Shown here: positions 42,981 to 52,675 of the stretch, one piece after another | How positions within the stretch are numbered: position 1 is the first letter of the stretch | How the letters are laid out: each line of letters opens with the position of its first letter | Assembly: GCA_048268245.1 (NCBI GenBank) | Contig: JBLWVX010000004.1 | Coordinates: 81,041-145,040, forward strand | Direction: 5' to 3' | DNA length: 64,000 nt | Source of the DNA: Arcobacteraceae bacterium | GTDB taxonomy: Bacteria > Campylobacterota > Campylobacteria > Campylobacterales > Arcobacteraceae | The notes under the pieces: generated by a model | Seen by the model: only the letters and a program-made list of their open reading frames with translations | Database searches by the model: none | What the model was told of the DNA's origin: nothing | Translations under genes and position numbers: made by a program

Positions 42981-44795
42981 ATGTCATTTAAATATAGATT
43001 TATTCTTTCTTTTGTTTTACTAGAAATATTTTTTATTATTTTAATAGTTTCAGTAAATTTTGTAGCAATAAGTAGCTCTTCTAAAACTCTAACTGAAGAA
43101 AAAATATCTTCAAATGAGAAATTTTTAAAAGAACTACTTAGTGTACCTATTGCAATTTATGATTTAGCTACTCTTGATAATCTAGTACAAAAAACCTATG
43201 AAATAGACTATATTAACTCTATCGTTGTTCTTGATGCACACGACAAATTGATATCAAATAAATATGACTTTGAGTACGAAACAATAGATGAATTTTTAAA
43301 AAAGAAAACAAATAGAACTATTAACTACAAAGAAAATAGTTTTGAGACTAGGTATATAAAACTGCATGAAGATGAACAATACCTAGGAGCTATTTATCTA
43401 GTTTTCGATAATACTGCAAATACAAACTTTATAGAAGAAAACAAAGAAAAGACTATAATAATAGTCTTACTAGAGATTTTAATCTCAACGATATTATCTT
43501 ATCTAATTGGTTCTAGGCTTACTAAAATGCTTACAAACTTATCAAGTGTAGCAAAAGATATAGGAGAAGAAAAAGCTGTATCGATACCATATCAAGACAA
43601 CAAAGATGAAATTGGAATACTAAGTAAGTCTTTAAATAAAATGAAAAGTGACCTTCAAAAAAGAAATAATGAATTAGTAAAAGCAAATAAAACTAAAGAT
43701 ACATTCTTAGCAAATATGTCCCATGAAATTAGAACACCATTAAATGCAATCATTGGTTTTTCAAATATTTTAAAAGACTCAAATTTACAAGAAGAACAAA
43801 AAAAACAAGCAAATATTATCTCAAAAAGTGCGAACTCTTTACTTCATATAATAAATGAAATTTTAGATTTCTCAAAAATAGAGAGTGGAAAACTTGAATT
43901 TTACCCTCAATCAAATAATCTTTTTGAGCTATGTAACGAAATGCAAACTTTGTTTAAAGGACAAGCCTCTCAAAAAAATATAACTATTAATTTTGAGTAT
44001 GACAAAAATATTCCAGACTATTTAATCTTTGATAATACAAGACTACAACAAGTAGTTTCAAATCTACTAACAAATGCTATAAAATTCTCAAAAGAAGAAT
44101 CAAATGTATATTTCAATGTAAGTCTAATAAAAAAAGATGATGACTATGCAAAAATAAATATATCTATAAAAGACAATGGTATTGGTATACCAAAAGAAAA
44201 GCAAAAAGATATCTTCAAACCCTTTTCTCAAGCAGACCAAAGTGTTTCTAAAGAGTATGGAGGAACTGGTTTAGGATTAGCAATTATTACTAAAATACTA
44301 GAGCATATGAACTCTACAATACATCTTGAAAGTAAAGAAAACAAAGGTAGTACCTTTAGTTTTAAATTAAAACTAAAAATTTGTGAAAAGAAAAAAGAAA
44401 ATAAAGAAGATAAAAAATATCACATAAATACAAAAAATAAAAAAGTTTTAATAGCAGAAGATAATGAGATAAACCAAGAACTTATGAAAGCAATATTTTT
44501 AGAACTTAAATTAGATATGGACTTCGCAAATAATGGATTAGAAGCAATTGAGCTTTTCAATAAAAATAGTTATAACCTAATTCTTATGGATATAAATATG
44601 CCTCTTTGTGGAGGTGTTGAAGCTTGTGAGAAAATAAGAAAACTTGATAAAAATATCCCAATAGTTGCCCTTACTGCAAATGCAATAAAAGGAGATAAAG
44701 AAAAGTTTTTAAATGCAGGTATGAATGAACATCTAACAAAACCTATAAACTTTCATAAATTAAAAGAAGTACTTGAGAAGTATTTAAAAAGGTAA
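42981..44795 (+). CDS. Hybrid sensor histidine kinase (HAMP, HisKA, HATPase, REC)
   Basis: FLANMSHEIRTPL, NLLTNAIKF, DNGIG, GGTGLGL, LMDINMP. Confidence 0.95.
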   Translation: MSFKYRFILSFVLLEIFFIILIVSVNFVAISSSSKTLTEEKISSNEKFLKELLSVPIAIYDLATLDNLVQKTYEIDYINSIVVLDAHDKLISNKYDFEYETIDEFLKKKTNRTINYKENSFETRYIKLHEDEQYLGAIYLVFDNTANTNFIEENKEKTIIIVLLEILISTILSYLIGSRLTKMLTNLSSVAKDIGEEKAVSIPYQDNKDEIGILSKSLNKMKSDLQKRNNELVKANKTKDTFLANMSHEIRTPLNAIIGFSNILKDSNLQEEQKKQANIISKSANSLLHIINEILDFSKIESGKLEFYPQSNNLFELCNEMQTLFKGQASQKNITINFEYDKNIPDYLIFDNTRLQQVVSNLLTNAIKFSKEESNVYFNVSLIKKDDDYAKINISIKDNGIGIPKEKQKDIFKPFSQADQSVSKEYGGTGLGLAIITKILEHMNSTIHLESKENKGSTFSFKLKLKICEKKKENKEDKKYHINTKNKKVLIAEDNEINQELMKAIFLELKLDMDFANNGLEAIELFNKNSYNLILMDINMPLCGGVEACEKIRKLDKNIPIVALTANAIKGDKEKFLNAGMNEHLTKPINFHKLKEVLEKYLKR

Positions 44796-44800
44796 GTATA

Positions 44801-44846
44801 AAAAAAGCCAGATACAAAAACTCAAAAAGTTTTTATATCTGGCTTT
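44801..44846. terminator. Bidirectional terminator, likely the original tRNA-Arg terminator
   Basis: aaagccagata.aaaaact / agttttt.tatctggcttt directly beside the displaced tRNA 3' end. Confidence 0.75.
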
Positions 44847-44864
44847 ATGGCACGCCTGGTAGGA
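44847..44864. repeat. att site (duplicated tRNA-Arg 3' end)
   Basis: Identical to 50719-50736; match extends to 24 bp with 2 mismatches. Confidence 0.92.
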
Positions 44865-45721
44865 ATAGAATTATAGTCTTTAGCCACTATATAATAGGAG
44901 CTTACTTAAATATAAATATTTAATACCCCACATTTTACCCCACAAAACTAACTTTCATACAATAAAAATATTAATTTTTCTAAGTAGATTTATATTCTAT
45001 CAATAGTTTTTATCAAATTTACTTAATGTTTCATAAACTATTTTTTCATCATGTCAATATAATTTTTTGTTAGTTTCTTTTATATTACAAATAAGATGAA
45101 GTATCAAAATAGTTAATTGTTAGCTTTTTATTTCATTAATTTTTGAAATATAATCTCTTTTATAATTGCTACAAATAAAGATGAGGTCATAGAATTACAT
45201 TAGAAATATAATCCCTTTTATAATTACTATACTCTTTCATATCTTCAAAATATAATTAAATCAATAGAAACTATGAATAAATCTTTTTTTTGCTTTCTGC
45301 TTCAATTATGAGTGATTAAATTACATTTCCCTATAAGGAATACTTTAGTTTATTACTCATTATTGAGTATTTATTTTTTGAAGTAGTTATTTTGTACATC
45401 TCAATTTATAATATGATTTTTTCATATAATACACCTGTAAACGACAATATAATACTATGCTTTTATAGTATTGAGTTTACAGGTTATTTTACAGGTATTG
45501 GAAGCTATTTATGAGTTATTAAAGCGACGATTTTTTAAGTTGATAATCTCTATCTTTTTAATTATCCCCCTCTAAATATTCAACTTTACTTTGTGTTTTT
45601 TTGTCTAACTAGACTAAGTCTTTAGTGAGTTATTAATGCACCGATTTTCTATAATTAAAATACAAGTTAAAAATTATCCTCTTTTAGATTAGCAAACTAT
45701 TGTTTTAAATTTGTAATTAAA

Positions 45722-46573
45722 TCACTTATCATATAAAATTCTAATTGATGTTGAATAAACAAATAAAGTTGCTTTTGCATCTTCTAAAGCTCTATGATTA
45801 TCATTTACTTTAATTCCTAAAAAATCAATTAATGTAGTAAGTTTATGATTTTCAAGATTTTTAAATGCTTTTCTTGATAAAGGTAAAGTATCAATTAACT
45901 TTTTATTTTCAAATTTAATATTTGACTTTTTCATTTTGCTGTTTAAAAATTTAATATCAAAATCTATGTTATGACCTATTAGAGGATAATCTTCAATAAA
46001 TTCATTAAAAGCTTTTAGGACATCATCAACTTTATCTGCATTTGCTACCATTGAATTTGTAATTCCTGTAAGCTCTGTAATCTTATATGGAATATCTTTT
46101 TTTATTTTGATAAATGATTGAAAAGTTTTATGCTCAATTGAATTTATATTTTCAACTTTTATTGCTCCTATTTCAATTATCTCGTCTCTTATAGAATGTA
46201 AACCTGTCGTTTCAATATCAATAATAACAAATGATGAATTAATTACTTTTTTACCTGTTAAAACTTTATGATTTCCAACAATACTTTTTTTTACTTGTTT
46301 ATCTGCAGGTTTTATTTTCTTATGAATTTTATGCTCTTTCTTTTGTTCATTTATAATATTATCTGAGTATTTAAGTTTATAGGTTCTTAACATTTCTTTT
46401 TGTGTAAAGTTTAAATGCTGTTTTTGTTGTTCTTTTTTGTTTTCTTTTGAAATAAAACTATCTATTTTTTTATTCTTTTGATTATTACTTATTGTTTCAA
46501 GCGATAGTTGTATTTTCTTGATTATAAAAAATAAACCAATAGTTCCGATAAAAGATATGATAAGAATATCCAT
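45722..46573 (-). CDS. Membrane-anchored DEDDh 3'-5' exonuclease (DnaQ-like)
   Basis: N-terminal TM; ExoI DIETTG, ExoII GHNIDFD, ExoIII HRALEDA. Confidence 0.88.
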   Translation of the reverse strand: MDILIISFIGTIGLFFIIKKIQLSLETISNNQKNKKIDSFISKENKKEQQKQHLNFTQKEMLRTYKLKYSDNIINEQKKEHKIHKKIKPADKQVKKSIVGNHKVLTGKKVINSSFVIIDIETTGLHSIRDEIIEIGAIKVENINSIEHKTFQSFIKIKKDIPYKITELTGITNSMVANADKVDDVLKAFNEFIEDYPLIGHNIDFDIKFLNSKMKKSNIKFENKKLIDTLPLSRKAFKNLENHKLTTLIDFLGIKVNDNHRALEDAKATLFVYSTSIRILYDK

Positions 46574-46651
46574 AAAAGCCTTACCTAATTATTTAATTAA
46601 TTATCAAATGGAGTTCCAAACTAGTCAATTTGAAAATCAAAAAATTTATAT

Positions 46652-46948
46652 TTAAAATTTACACTTGTAAACTTCAATATTTGTCATCATAACAGTAGTA
46701 CCACCTATAACTTGTGTATTTGTGCTAAGTATTTTATATGCATTTCCACCTTTTTTAGTAGTATTTATCTTAGCATATTGAGACATTGTAAATGTACTTG
46801 ATTCAAAATAAACAGTGTCTATAAACTGACAATTAGTTGTGTCAGAAATTGTTCTTACCATACTTTGTTTGGGTGTTAAGTTAGGTTGCATACATCCAAT
46901 AAAAAACATAGGTGTAATAATAAATTGAAGATATAATAATTTCTTCAT
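46652..46948 (-). CDS. Small lipoprotein
   Basis: Lipobox FIGC; C...GGN...YKC pattern; GGAG RBS. Confidence 0.75.
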   Translation of the reverse strand: MKKLLYLQFIITPMFFIGCMQPNLTPKQSMVRTISDTTNCQFIDTVYFESSTFTMSQYAKINTTKKGGNAYKILSTNTQVIGGTTVMMTNIEVYKCKF

Positions 46949-47233
46949 AAACTCTCCCTTTAAAATGATTTATAATAATATTATAACTTTAAAACATATA
47001 ATTTATTTAATAAATATTATTTTTATATATGAATTAAGTTTTTTTGAGTAATTATCACACAAAAAAGTTTTGACAACACATCTTTAAAAAAATAAAGAAT
47101 TAATCATTACTCTTTTTTATAGTTTTTTCTAAAGAATCAATACTTTTATTTATTTCCTTTTCTAACTTTTCACTATCAAATTTGCTTTTACATTTTTTTT
47201 TGTAAATTTTTTATTTCTTGTTCAAATTGTTCT

Positions 47234-47917
47234 TTAGGCATGAAGTGTTTCTCCTAATAGGTCTGATACTTGTTTGAACTCATTAAGTGGCAATGCCAAA
47301 AACTTACTATTCGGTATTGTTATCAAAGCTTCAAATCTCCAGCAAGTAAAATCTAAATGGTTTTTCTTTTGCTTATTATAGATAGTTATTTTCTCCAACA
47401 TAGTGATAAAAGTTTCATTTATGTAATAAGTATCTGTGTAGGTTTTTAATTTTTTATTAAAGTATCTCTTTAAATTAAATCTTTGCTTCAACTTCTCCAA
47501 ATTAGGTTTATAAAAAAAGTCCTTACAAATATCTATACTACTAACATCTTTTAGGATTGATAATATTTTACTTACTATGTATTGAGGTGGTGGCTCTTTG
47601 TGATATTGCTTCATTCCAAATATTACCATAGTTGCAAGTCTGTATTTTGGCTTATCTTTATTGCTGTTGTAATAGTAGATATTATAATTTTCTAATTGAT
47701 AAGCACTTGTAACCTCATCTTCTACTAATCTTCTTTTGAGTTTAGAAAGTATTTTTTTATCATTTTTATTAATCTTCTTCCAGTTTCCTAATAATTCTAA
47801 ATTATCTTTTTTATGTTGCTTACTAAAATTTATTCTAATAGTATCAATTGCAAAATCTTCATTATTATTCAAATTAAATTCATTGATAAAGTTTTCTAGT
47901 TCTTGAAGTACATTCAT
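47234..47917 (-). CDS. Putative Rep_trans/MOBT-like rolling-circle initiator
   Basis: SIDICKD, DTYY, ITIYNK, WRFE in the family's order. Confidence 0.5.
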   Translation of the reverse strand: MNVLQELENFINEFNLNNNEDFAIDTIRINFSKQHKKDNLELLGNWKKINKNDKKILSKLKRRLVEDEVTSAYQLENYNIYYYNSNKDKPKYRLATMVIFGMKQYHKEPPPQYIVSKILSILKDVSSIDICKDFFYKPNLEKLKQRFNLKRYFNKKLKTYTDTYYINETFITMLEKITIYNKQKKNHLDFTCWRFEALITIPNSKFLALPLNEFKQVSDLLGETLHA

Positions 47918-48143
47918 TGTATAATTACTCTTATATTAAGAAGTGCTATTCTTAATCCTTTATTTTAAAATCAACACACGCCCCAAACTTTTGGGGCTGT
48001 ATGCTATTGTTGTTGTATTTATCAAAGTAAATGATTAGATTACCTTGATACATATTATAAGGGGTGTTTTTTTAAAGATTAAAGAAATATTCTTTTGTTT
48101 CTACTAAATATTTAATAGTTGTCCTTTTATAGTAATGATTTTT

Positions 48144-48344
48144 TCATAATGCAACACCAAATAAAGCTTTTTCAATTTCTGCAACTTCAAAAACAGTTAC
48201 TCTTTCACTTAATTTTTTTGATGTGATTTTTCCTTGCTTATTCCATAGCCAAATTGTACTTAGTCCAACTCCTAAATGTTTAGCTAACTCTTTAGCTCTC
48301 ATATACTTTTTTGTTTGTAAAGTGTTATATTGCTCTTTACTCAT
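48144..48344 (-). CDS. AlpA-like HTH protein / excisionase
   Basis: MRAKELAKHLGVGLSTIW.W..GKI...KL..RVTVF. Confidence 0.85.
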   Translation of the reverse strand: MSKEQYNTLQTKKYMRAKELAKHLGVGLSTIWLWNKQGKITSKKLSERVTVFEVAEIEKALFGVAL

Positions 48345-48524
48345 AATATTACCTTTGTAATTAATGGTAATAATCGCGATTATTGTTTTTATATTTAAGA
48401 ATAGTAGCTTTCTATTTTTTCTAAACTCTAAAGTATAGTTTTAGAGTTCATCTTAATCTATGTGGCTATTATAAGGATTGATTTTTCTTTTTTAAAGTTT
48501 TGATTTGACTTAAAATTAGCTTAA

Positions 48525-49142
48525 TTATAAGTATTCGAGTAATGAAGATATTTTTTGTGCTCTTTTTTGTATAACTCCTAATTCCCTTAAATCATCTTCT
48601 AAGAAACGTCGATTTCGTCTTAATGCTTGTTCATATGAAGAAGGAATAAAGTTTCTATTCTTCTTTTTCATTTTTCTTTTTCTTGCTTTTACTTTATCTT
48701 TTTTTGCAATAGAATAACCTTTTGGTAATGATGTAATATGTTCTGAACTAATCAAAGCTTGATATACTCTTTCACATTCATCTAATGTTTTTATTTCATT
48801 TAAAGTATTTTGTATATCTGTTTCCTTTACTTCTAAAAAATTTATAATTGATTTCTTATATTGATAAAGCTTGATAGGTTCAAAAGCTTGATAAACTATG
48901 TTACTAAAAGTTTTATAATCTTTATTTTCATAATTATGATTTGATTTTTTTAATTTATTTTCATGTAGTCTAAATAGCTCCTTACTAGCTTTCATTATTT
49001 TTTCGAGAGTTTCAAAATCTTCATTTTCATGAATTTCATTAATTGTTTTTAGGTTTGATTGAAAATTTAAAATATCGTAATTATAAATCAATGTATAAAT
49101 CTCGTTTTTCAATCCATCTAAAGTATGAAATCTATCTATCAT
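48525..49142 (-). CDS. Hypothetical protein
   Basis: ~205-aa ORF, TGATG-coupled to the upstream small ORF. Confidence 0.6.
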   Translation of the reverse strand: MIDRFHTLDGLKNEIYTLIYNYDILNFQSNLKTINEIHENEDFETLEKIMKASKELFRLHENKLKKSNHNYENKDYKTFSNIVYQAFEPIKLYQYKKSIINFLEVKETDIQNTLNEIKTLDECERVYQALISSEHITSLPKGYSIAKKDKVKARKRKMKKKNRNFIPSSYEQALRRNRRFLEDDLRELGVIQKRAQKISSLLEYL

Positions 49143-49285
49143 CAATGATTTATAGTTTTCTTTTTCAATTTTTTTATTGCTTTTTCTCGTTCTCTAGTTT
49201 CTTTACTTTTTCTTTCTTTTTTATGATTTATTTTTATTTCCTTAAATATTTCTTCAATAGAAATTTCTTTAAAATCATCATTCAT
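49142..49285 (-). CDS. 47-aa basic small ORF (not in the ORF track)
   Basis: MNDDFKEISIEEIF...TINH*; overlaps the integrase stop and the next start. Confidence 0.4.
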   Translation of the reverse strand: MNDDFKEISIEEIFKEIKINHKKERKSKETREREKAIKKLKKKTINH

Positions 49286-50522
49286 TTTTGTTATCTTTTA
49301 AACTCAAAATATAATCACTCCAAAAACTCATAAGTGCTTTAAACTGTTCAAAATAATTAGCCTTATGATTATAAGCTCTTACCGTGTCGTTTGTTTCGTG
49401 GTGGTCTAAAACTCTCTCTTTTAGTTCAAAGCTAAATTTATTATCAATATCTAAAGTATCTATCATACTTCTAAATGTACCTCTAAACCCGTGAAGTCTT
49501 ATTTTTCTTCCTTGTTCTTCATCATTAAAGCCCATTATTTTTAAAGCTTTATTTGGACTTTCTTTGTTTATAGGACTTCTATTATCTCTACCTAAAAATA
49601 CATATTGTTGATGTTCAGTAAATGGCTTTACTTCATTAAAGATATTTATAACCTCATCAGTTAGATACATTTTAAAATCATCTAAGTTATCGTTTTTAAC
49701 TTTCATTTCATTTCTTGGTATAGTAAGGCTTTTTTCTTCAAAGTCTAAATACTCCCATTTGATAGTACATAAGTTTTCAGCCCTTAAAGGTATATGTAAA
49801 ACCAATTTTAAAGCATTTCTAGTCATTAAATTACCTTTATATGAATAGATAGTATCTCTAAGCTCTTTTAATATCTTTTCATCTGTAATCTTAGGGTAGT
49901 GTCTAACTCTTTTAGGTTTTATAATATCGCTTTTTCTAATATCTGCTAATAAATTTCTATTACAATATCCTTTTAGTACTGCATATCTAAAAAGGTTATC
50001 TAAGTAGTTAAATATCTTTGAAGCAACTTCACGGGCTACTAACTGCTTTAACTCTATGACATTAATGAGGTCTTTAATTTCAATATCTTTCATGTGCTTA
50101 TTTTTAAGTAATGGATAAACATCATTTTCAAATACTTTTAGTTTGCCTTTATAAGTGCTTTCTCTTAATCTCTCTTTTTCTCTATTTAGCCACTCGTCAG
50201 CAACATTTAAAAACATTCCTTTTTTATCTATTATCTGCTCTTGTTTTTCCTCTTTGTTCTTTGAAATAGGGTCTATTCCTTTTGCCAACAGGTCTAAATA
50301 ATTATCTCTTTTTATTCTTGCATTTTTTAAAGTAGTTATTGGATAGCTTTTAAAAGTTGTTTCTCTTCTTTTTCCATTAAATGTATAACGAAACTCCCAT
50401 ATCTTAGAACCATTAGTTTTAACTTTTAATCTAAGCCCTCCACCATCATTTAAAGAATAGTTTTTTTCTTTTGGTATTGCCTTCTTTATTTGTATATCTT
50501 TTAGTAAATTTTTTGAAGCCAT
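49278..50522 (-). CDS. P4-like tyrosine integrase
   Basis: Arm-binding domain DGGGL.L.V..GSK.W.FRY..YP..TL..AR; catalytic R, HGFR, H, Y; start MASKN. Confidence 0.95.
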   Translation of the reverse strand: MASKNLLKDIQIKKAIPKEKNYSLNDGGGLRLKVKTNGSKIWEFRYTFNGKRRETTFKSYPITTLKNARIKRDNYLDLLAKGIDPISKNKEEKQEQIIDKKGMFLNVADEWLNREKERLRESTYKGKLKVFENDVYPLLKNKHMKDIEIKDLINVIELKQLVAREVASKIFNYLDNLFRYAVLKGYCNRNLLADIRKSDIIKPKRVRHYPKITDEKILKELRDTIYSYKGNLMTRNALKLVLHIPLRAENLCTIKWEYLDFEEKSLTIPRNEMKVKNDNLDDFKMYLTDEVINIFNEVKPFTEHQQYVFLGRDNRSPINKESPNKALKIMGFNDEEQGRKIRLHGFRGTFRSMIDTLDIDNKFSFELKERVLDHHETNDTVRAYNHKANYFEQFKALMSFWSDYILSLKDNKNE

Positions 50523-50719
50523 AATATAAGCCTTTTGGTTAAATATTGTGGGGTAAATTTGTTTAAAATTAGGGATAAAATTACTACCCCACAACATACC
50601 CCACAATTTTAATTATATTTTATTGAATTATATTAGCTTAAGTTAGATTAACTATTGTTTATAAGTAGCTATTTAAAGGGCTTTTAGTGTTATGTATTAG
50701 ATGAGGTTAGATTATAAAA

Positions 50720-50796
50720 TGGCACGCCTGGTAGGATTCGAACCCACAACCCCCCGGGCCGAAACCGGGCGCTCTATCCAGTTGAGCCACAGACGC
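50720..50796 (-). tRNA. tRNA-Arg (anticodon UCG)
   Basis: Cloverleaf GCGTCTG...CCCGG-TTTCGGC-CCGGG...GGTTCGAATCC...CAGGCGT-G-CCA. Confidence 0.95.
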
Positions 50797-50847
50797 ATGC
50801 GTTTTTAAGATTGGAATATTAGCATAGGTAAACTTAAAAAATTTAAG

Positions 50848-51651
50848 TTACCTATTTTTCATCTTATTTTCGTACATTAGTTCATCTGCTTGTTCTAAGA
50901 TATTTTCTATCTTGTCACCTTGTTTAAAGTCCACTATTCCAAAAGAGAATGAAAATTGTAAGCTTTCTACTTTTGCAGATTTCAGTTTTTGTTTTGAAAG
51001 TTTTGTTTGTATTTCTAGCATAGTTTTTTCTACATCTAAAGTATTTAAAATTTCACCTGTGAAAAGTACCATAAACTCATCACCTGCATATCTTACGACA
51101 TCAGTTCCCTCATAATCAAGCTCTTTTGATAAGAATTTTACTAAATATTTTAGAACTTGGTCACCTAGAAGATGTCCATATGTGTCATTTATACTTTTAA
51201 ACTTATTTAAATCAATAAAGCAAAGCTTTCCCTCTTGCATAAAACTTTCATTTTCTAAAAAAGAGTCCATAAACCATTTTCTATTATATGCAGAAGTTAA
51301 ACTATCAGAGAAAAGCTCTTTTTGTAAAAACTGTATTTGTTTTTGCATTTCATTTAATTCATTAGTAATAGAATCAAGAGCTTTTTCATCTTTATTTACT
51401 ATTGCAACTTTTGCTTGTGCTGTAGAGTTTTTAATACTATCTAAGTTTTCATGTGTAGATTTTACTATTTTCTCAACTCTACTATTATCATAATGTAATT
51501 CATCTAAAATAGCTTGTTTATTTTCTATATCTACTTTTAATTCTTTTGCAAACTCGGCAAACTTTTTTGAGTAGTCTCCAGGTAAAACTATTTCGTTATT
51601 TTTTAAATCTTTTACCGTAAGATAAGTAATTTCTTTTAGTTTTTCACTCAT
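50848..51651 (-). CDS. GGDEF domain protein with coiled-coil N-terminus
   Basis: DSLT..YNR, DLNKFK.INDTYGH..GD, RYAGDEF. Confidence 0.9.
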   Translation of the reverse strand: MSEKLKEITYLTVKDLKNNEIVLPGDYSKKFAEFAKELKVDIENKQAILDELHYDNSRVEKIVKSTHENLDSIKNSTAQAKVAIVNKDEKALDSITNELNEMQKQIQFLQKELFSDSLTSAYNRKWFMDSFLENESFMQEGKLCFIDLNKFKSINDTYGHLLGDQVLKYLVKFLSKELDYEGTDVVRYAGDEFMVLFTGEILNTLDVEKTMLEIQTKLSKQKLKSAKVESLQFSFSFGIVDFKQGDKIENILEQADELMYENKMKNR

Positions 51652-51733
51652 AAATATTTATTCCTTACAAGATTTTTCCGAATTATACAGAAAAAAGACA
51701 TAAATGTCCATAAGATATAACACTAAATATAAC

Positions 51734-52591
51734 TTATGCTAAATTATCTATACTAATTAGCACAAAGAATACAATTCCTAAATATCCATTTACAGTAAAA
51801 AATGCCCTATCTATTTTTGTAAAATCCTTATTTACTAAATAGTGTTCATAAGAAAGCATAATAGCACTAGCAAGTACAGCTACATAAGCAAAAATACCAC
51901 TATTTGACGTAATCACAAATAACAACCAAAAAATAACTGTTAAAGTATGAAATACTCTAGAAATATACATAGTTTTTTGTGCACCAAATTTTGATGGTAT
52001 TGAGTGTAGCTTTAGTTTTTTGTCCACTTCCATATCTTGAAGTGAGTAAAGTAAATCAAATCCTGCTACCCAAAACATAACACCTATACTTAAAAGTACA
52101 GTCCAAAAAGGTATTGATTCACTTACAGCAACTACTCCTGCTATTGGAGCTAATGCTAAAGAAATACCTAAAATAACATGTGCTAAATAAGAAAACCTTT
52201 TAAAGTAAGAGTAAGAACCAATTATTATCAAAATTGGTACTGATAAATAAAAAGCTAAATCATTTACAAAATAAGCAACAGCTATAAAACCTAAAGCATT
52301 TGCAATATTAAAAATAAGCATAGATTTAACAGAGATTCTACCATCAACATTTGGTCGATTTTCTGTTCTTGGATTTAGAGCATCGATGTCTCTATCCATA
52401 TATCTATTAAAGCCCATTGCAAAGTTTCTAGCAGTTAATGCAGCTAAAACACCTAAAATAAGTAGTTTAAAACCAAACCATCCTTTTGCAGCTACAACCA
52501 TCGCTATAAATATAAATGGAAGAGAAAAGATAGAGTGTTTAAACATCACTAGTTCATTGAAATCGTTAATTTTTTTTATGAGTTTTTCCAT
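51734..52591 (-). CDS. mqnP: UbiA-family prenyltransferase (futalosine-pathway MqnP type)
   Basis: HSIFSLPF, NRYMDRDID..NPRT..RP, AGFD.LYSLQD, AFF.VNG. Confidence 0.8.
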   Translation of the reverse strand: MEKLIKKINDFNELVMFKHSIFSLPFIFIAMVVAAKGWFGFKLLILGVLAALTARNFAMGFNRYMDRDIDALNPRTENRPNVDGRISVKSMLIFNIANALGFIAVAYFVNDLAFYLSVPILIIIGSYSYFKRFSYLAHVILGISLALAPIAGVVAVSESIPFWTVLLSIGVMFWVAGFDLLYSLQDMEVDKKLKLHSIPSKFGAQKTMYISRVFHTLTVIFWLLFVITSNSGIFAYVAVLASAIMLSYEHYLVNKDFTKIDRAFFTVNGYLGIVFFVLISIDNLA

Positions 52592-52641
52592 AAAAGGAAT
52601 TCTATCAAAATAATTAAAAATGTAAGTTTAATGTGTTTTTT

Positions 52642-52675
52642 AAATAAAGACTAAAAAACTTAGTCTTTATTTTTT
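52642..52675 (-). terminator. Intrinsic terminator
   Basis: aaataaagactaa-aaaac-ttagtctttattt. Confidence 0.65.

Larger units (their letters stand above)
44847..50736 (-). mobile_element. 5.9-kb integrative element at tRNA-Arg
   Basis: 18-bp direct repeat atggcacgcctggtagga at both ends; integrase next to the tRNA. Confidence 0.92.

Noticed and set aside
45145..45229. CRISPR mini-array
   Set aside because: Only two imperfect AT-rich repeats and no cas genes in the window.
47100..47241. Small ORF after the Rep-like gene broken at an A9 tract (phase variation)
   Set aside because: Adding one A gives only a ~47-aa featureless ORF, and poly-A runs are common at this AT content.
50523..50606. 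28-aa N-terminal extension of the integrase
   Set aside because: It overlaps the arm-type sites; MASKN matches the normal domain start.
44847..50736. Complete prophage or ICE
   Set aside because: No structural, packaging, lysis or T4SS genes between the att sites.
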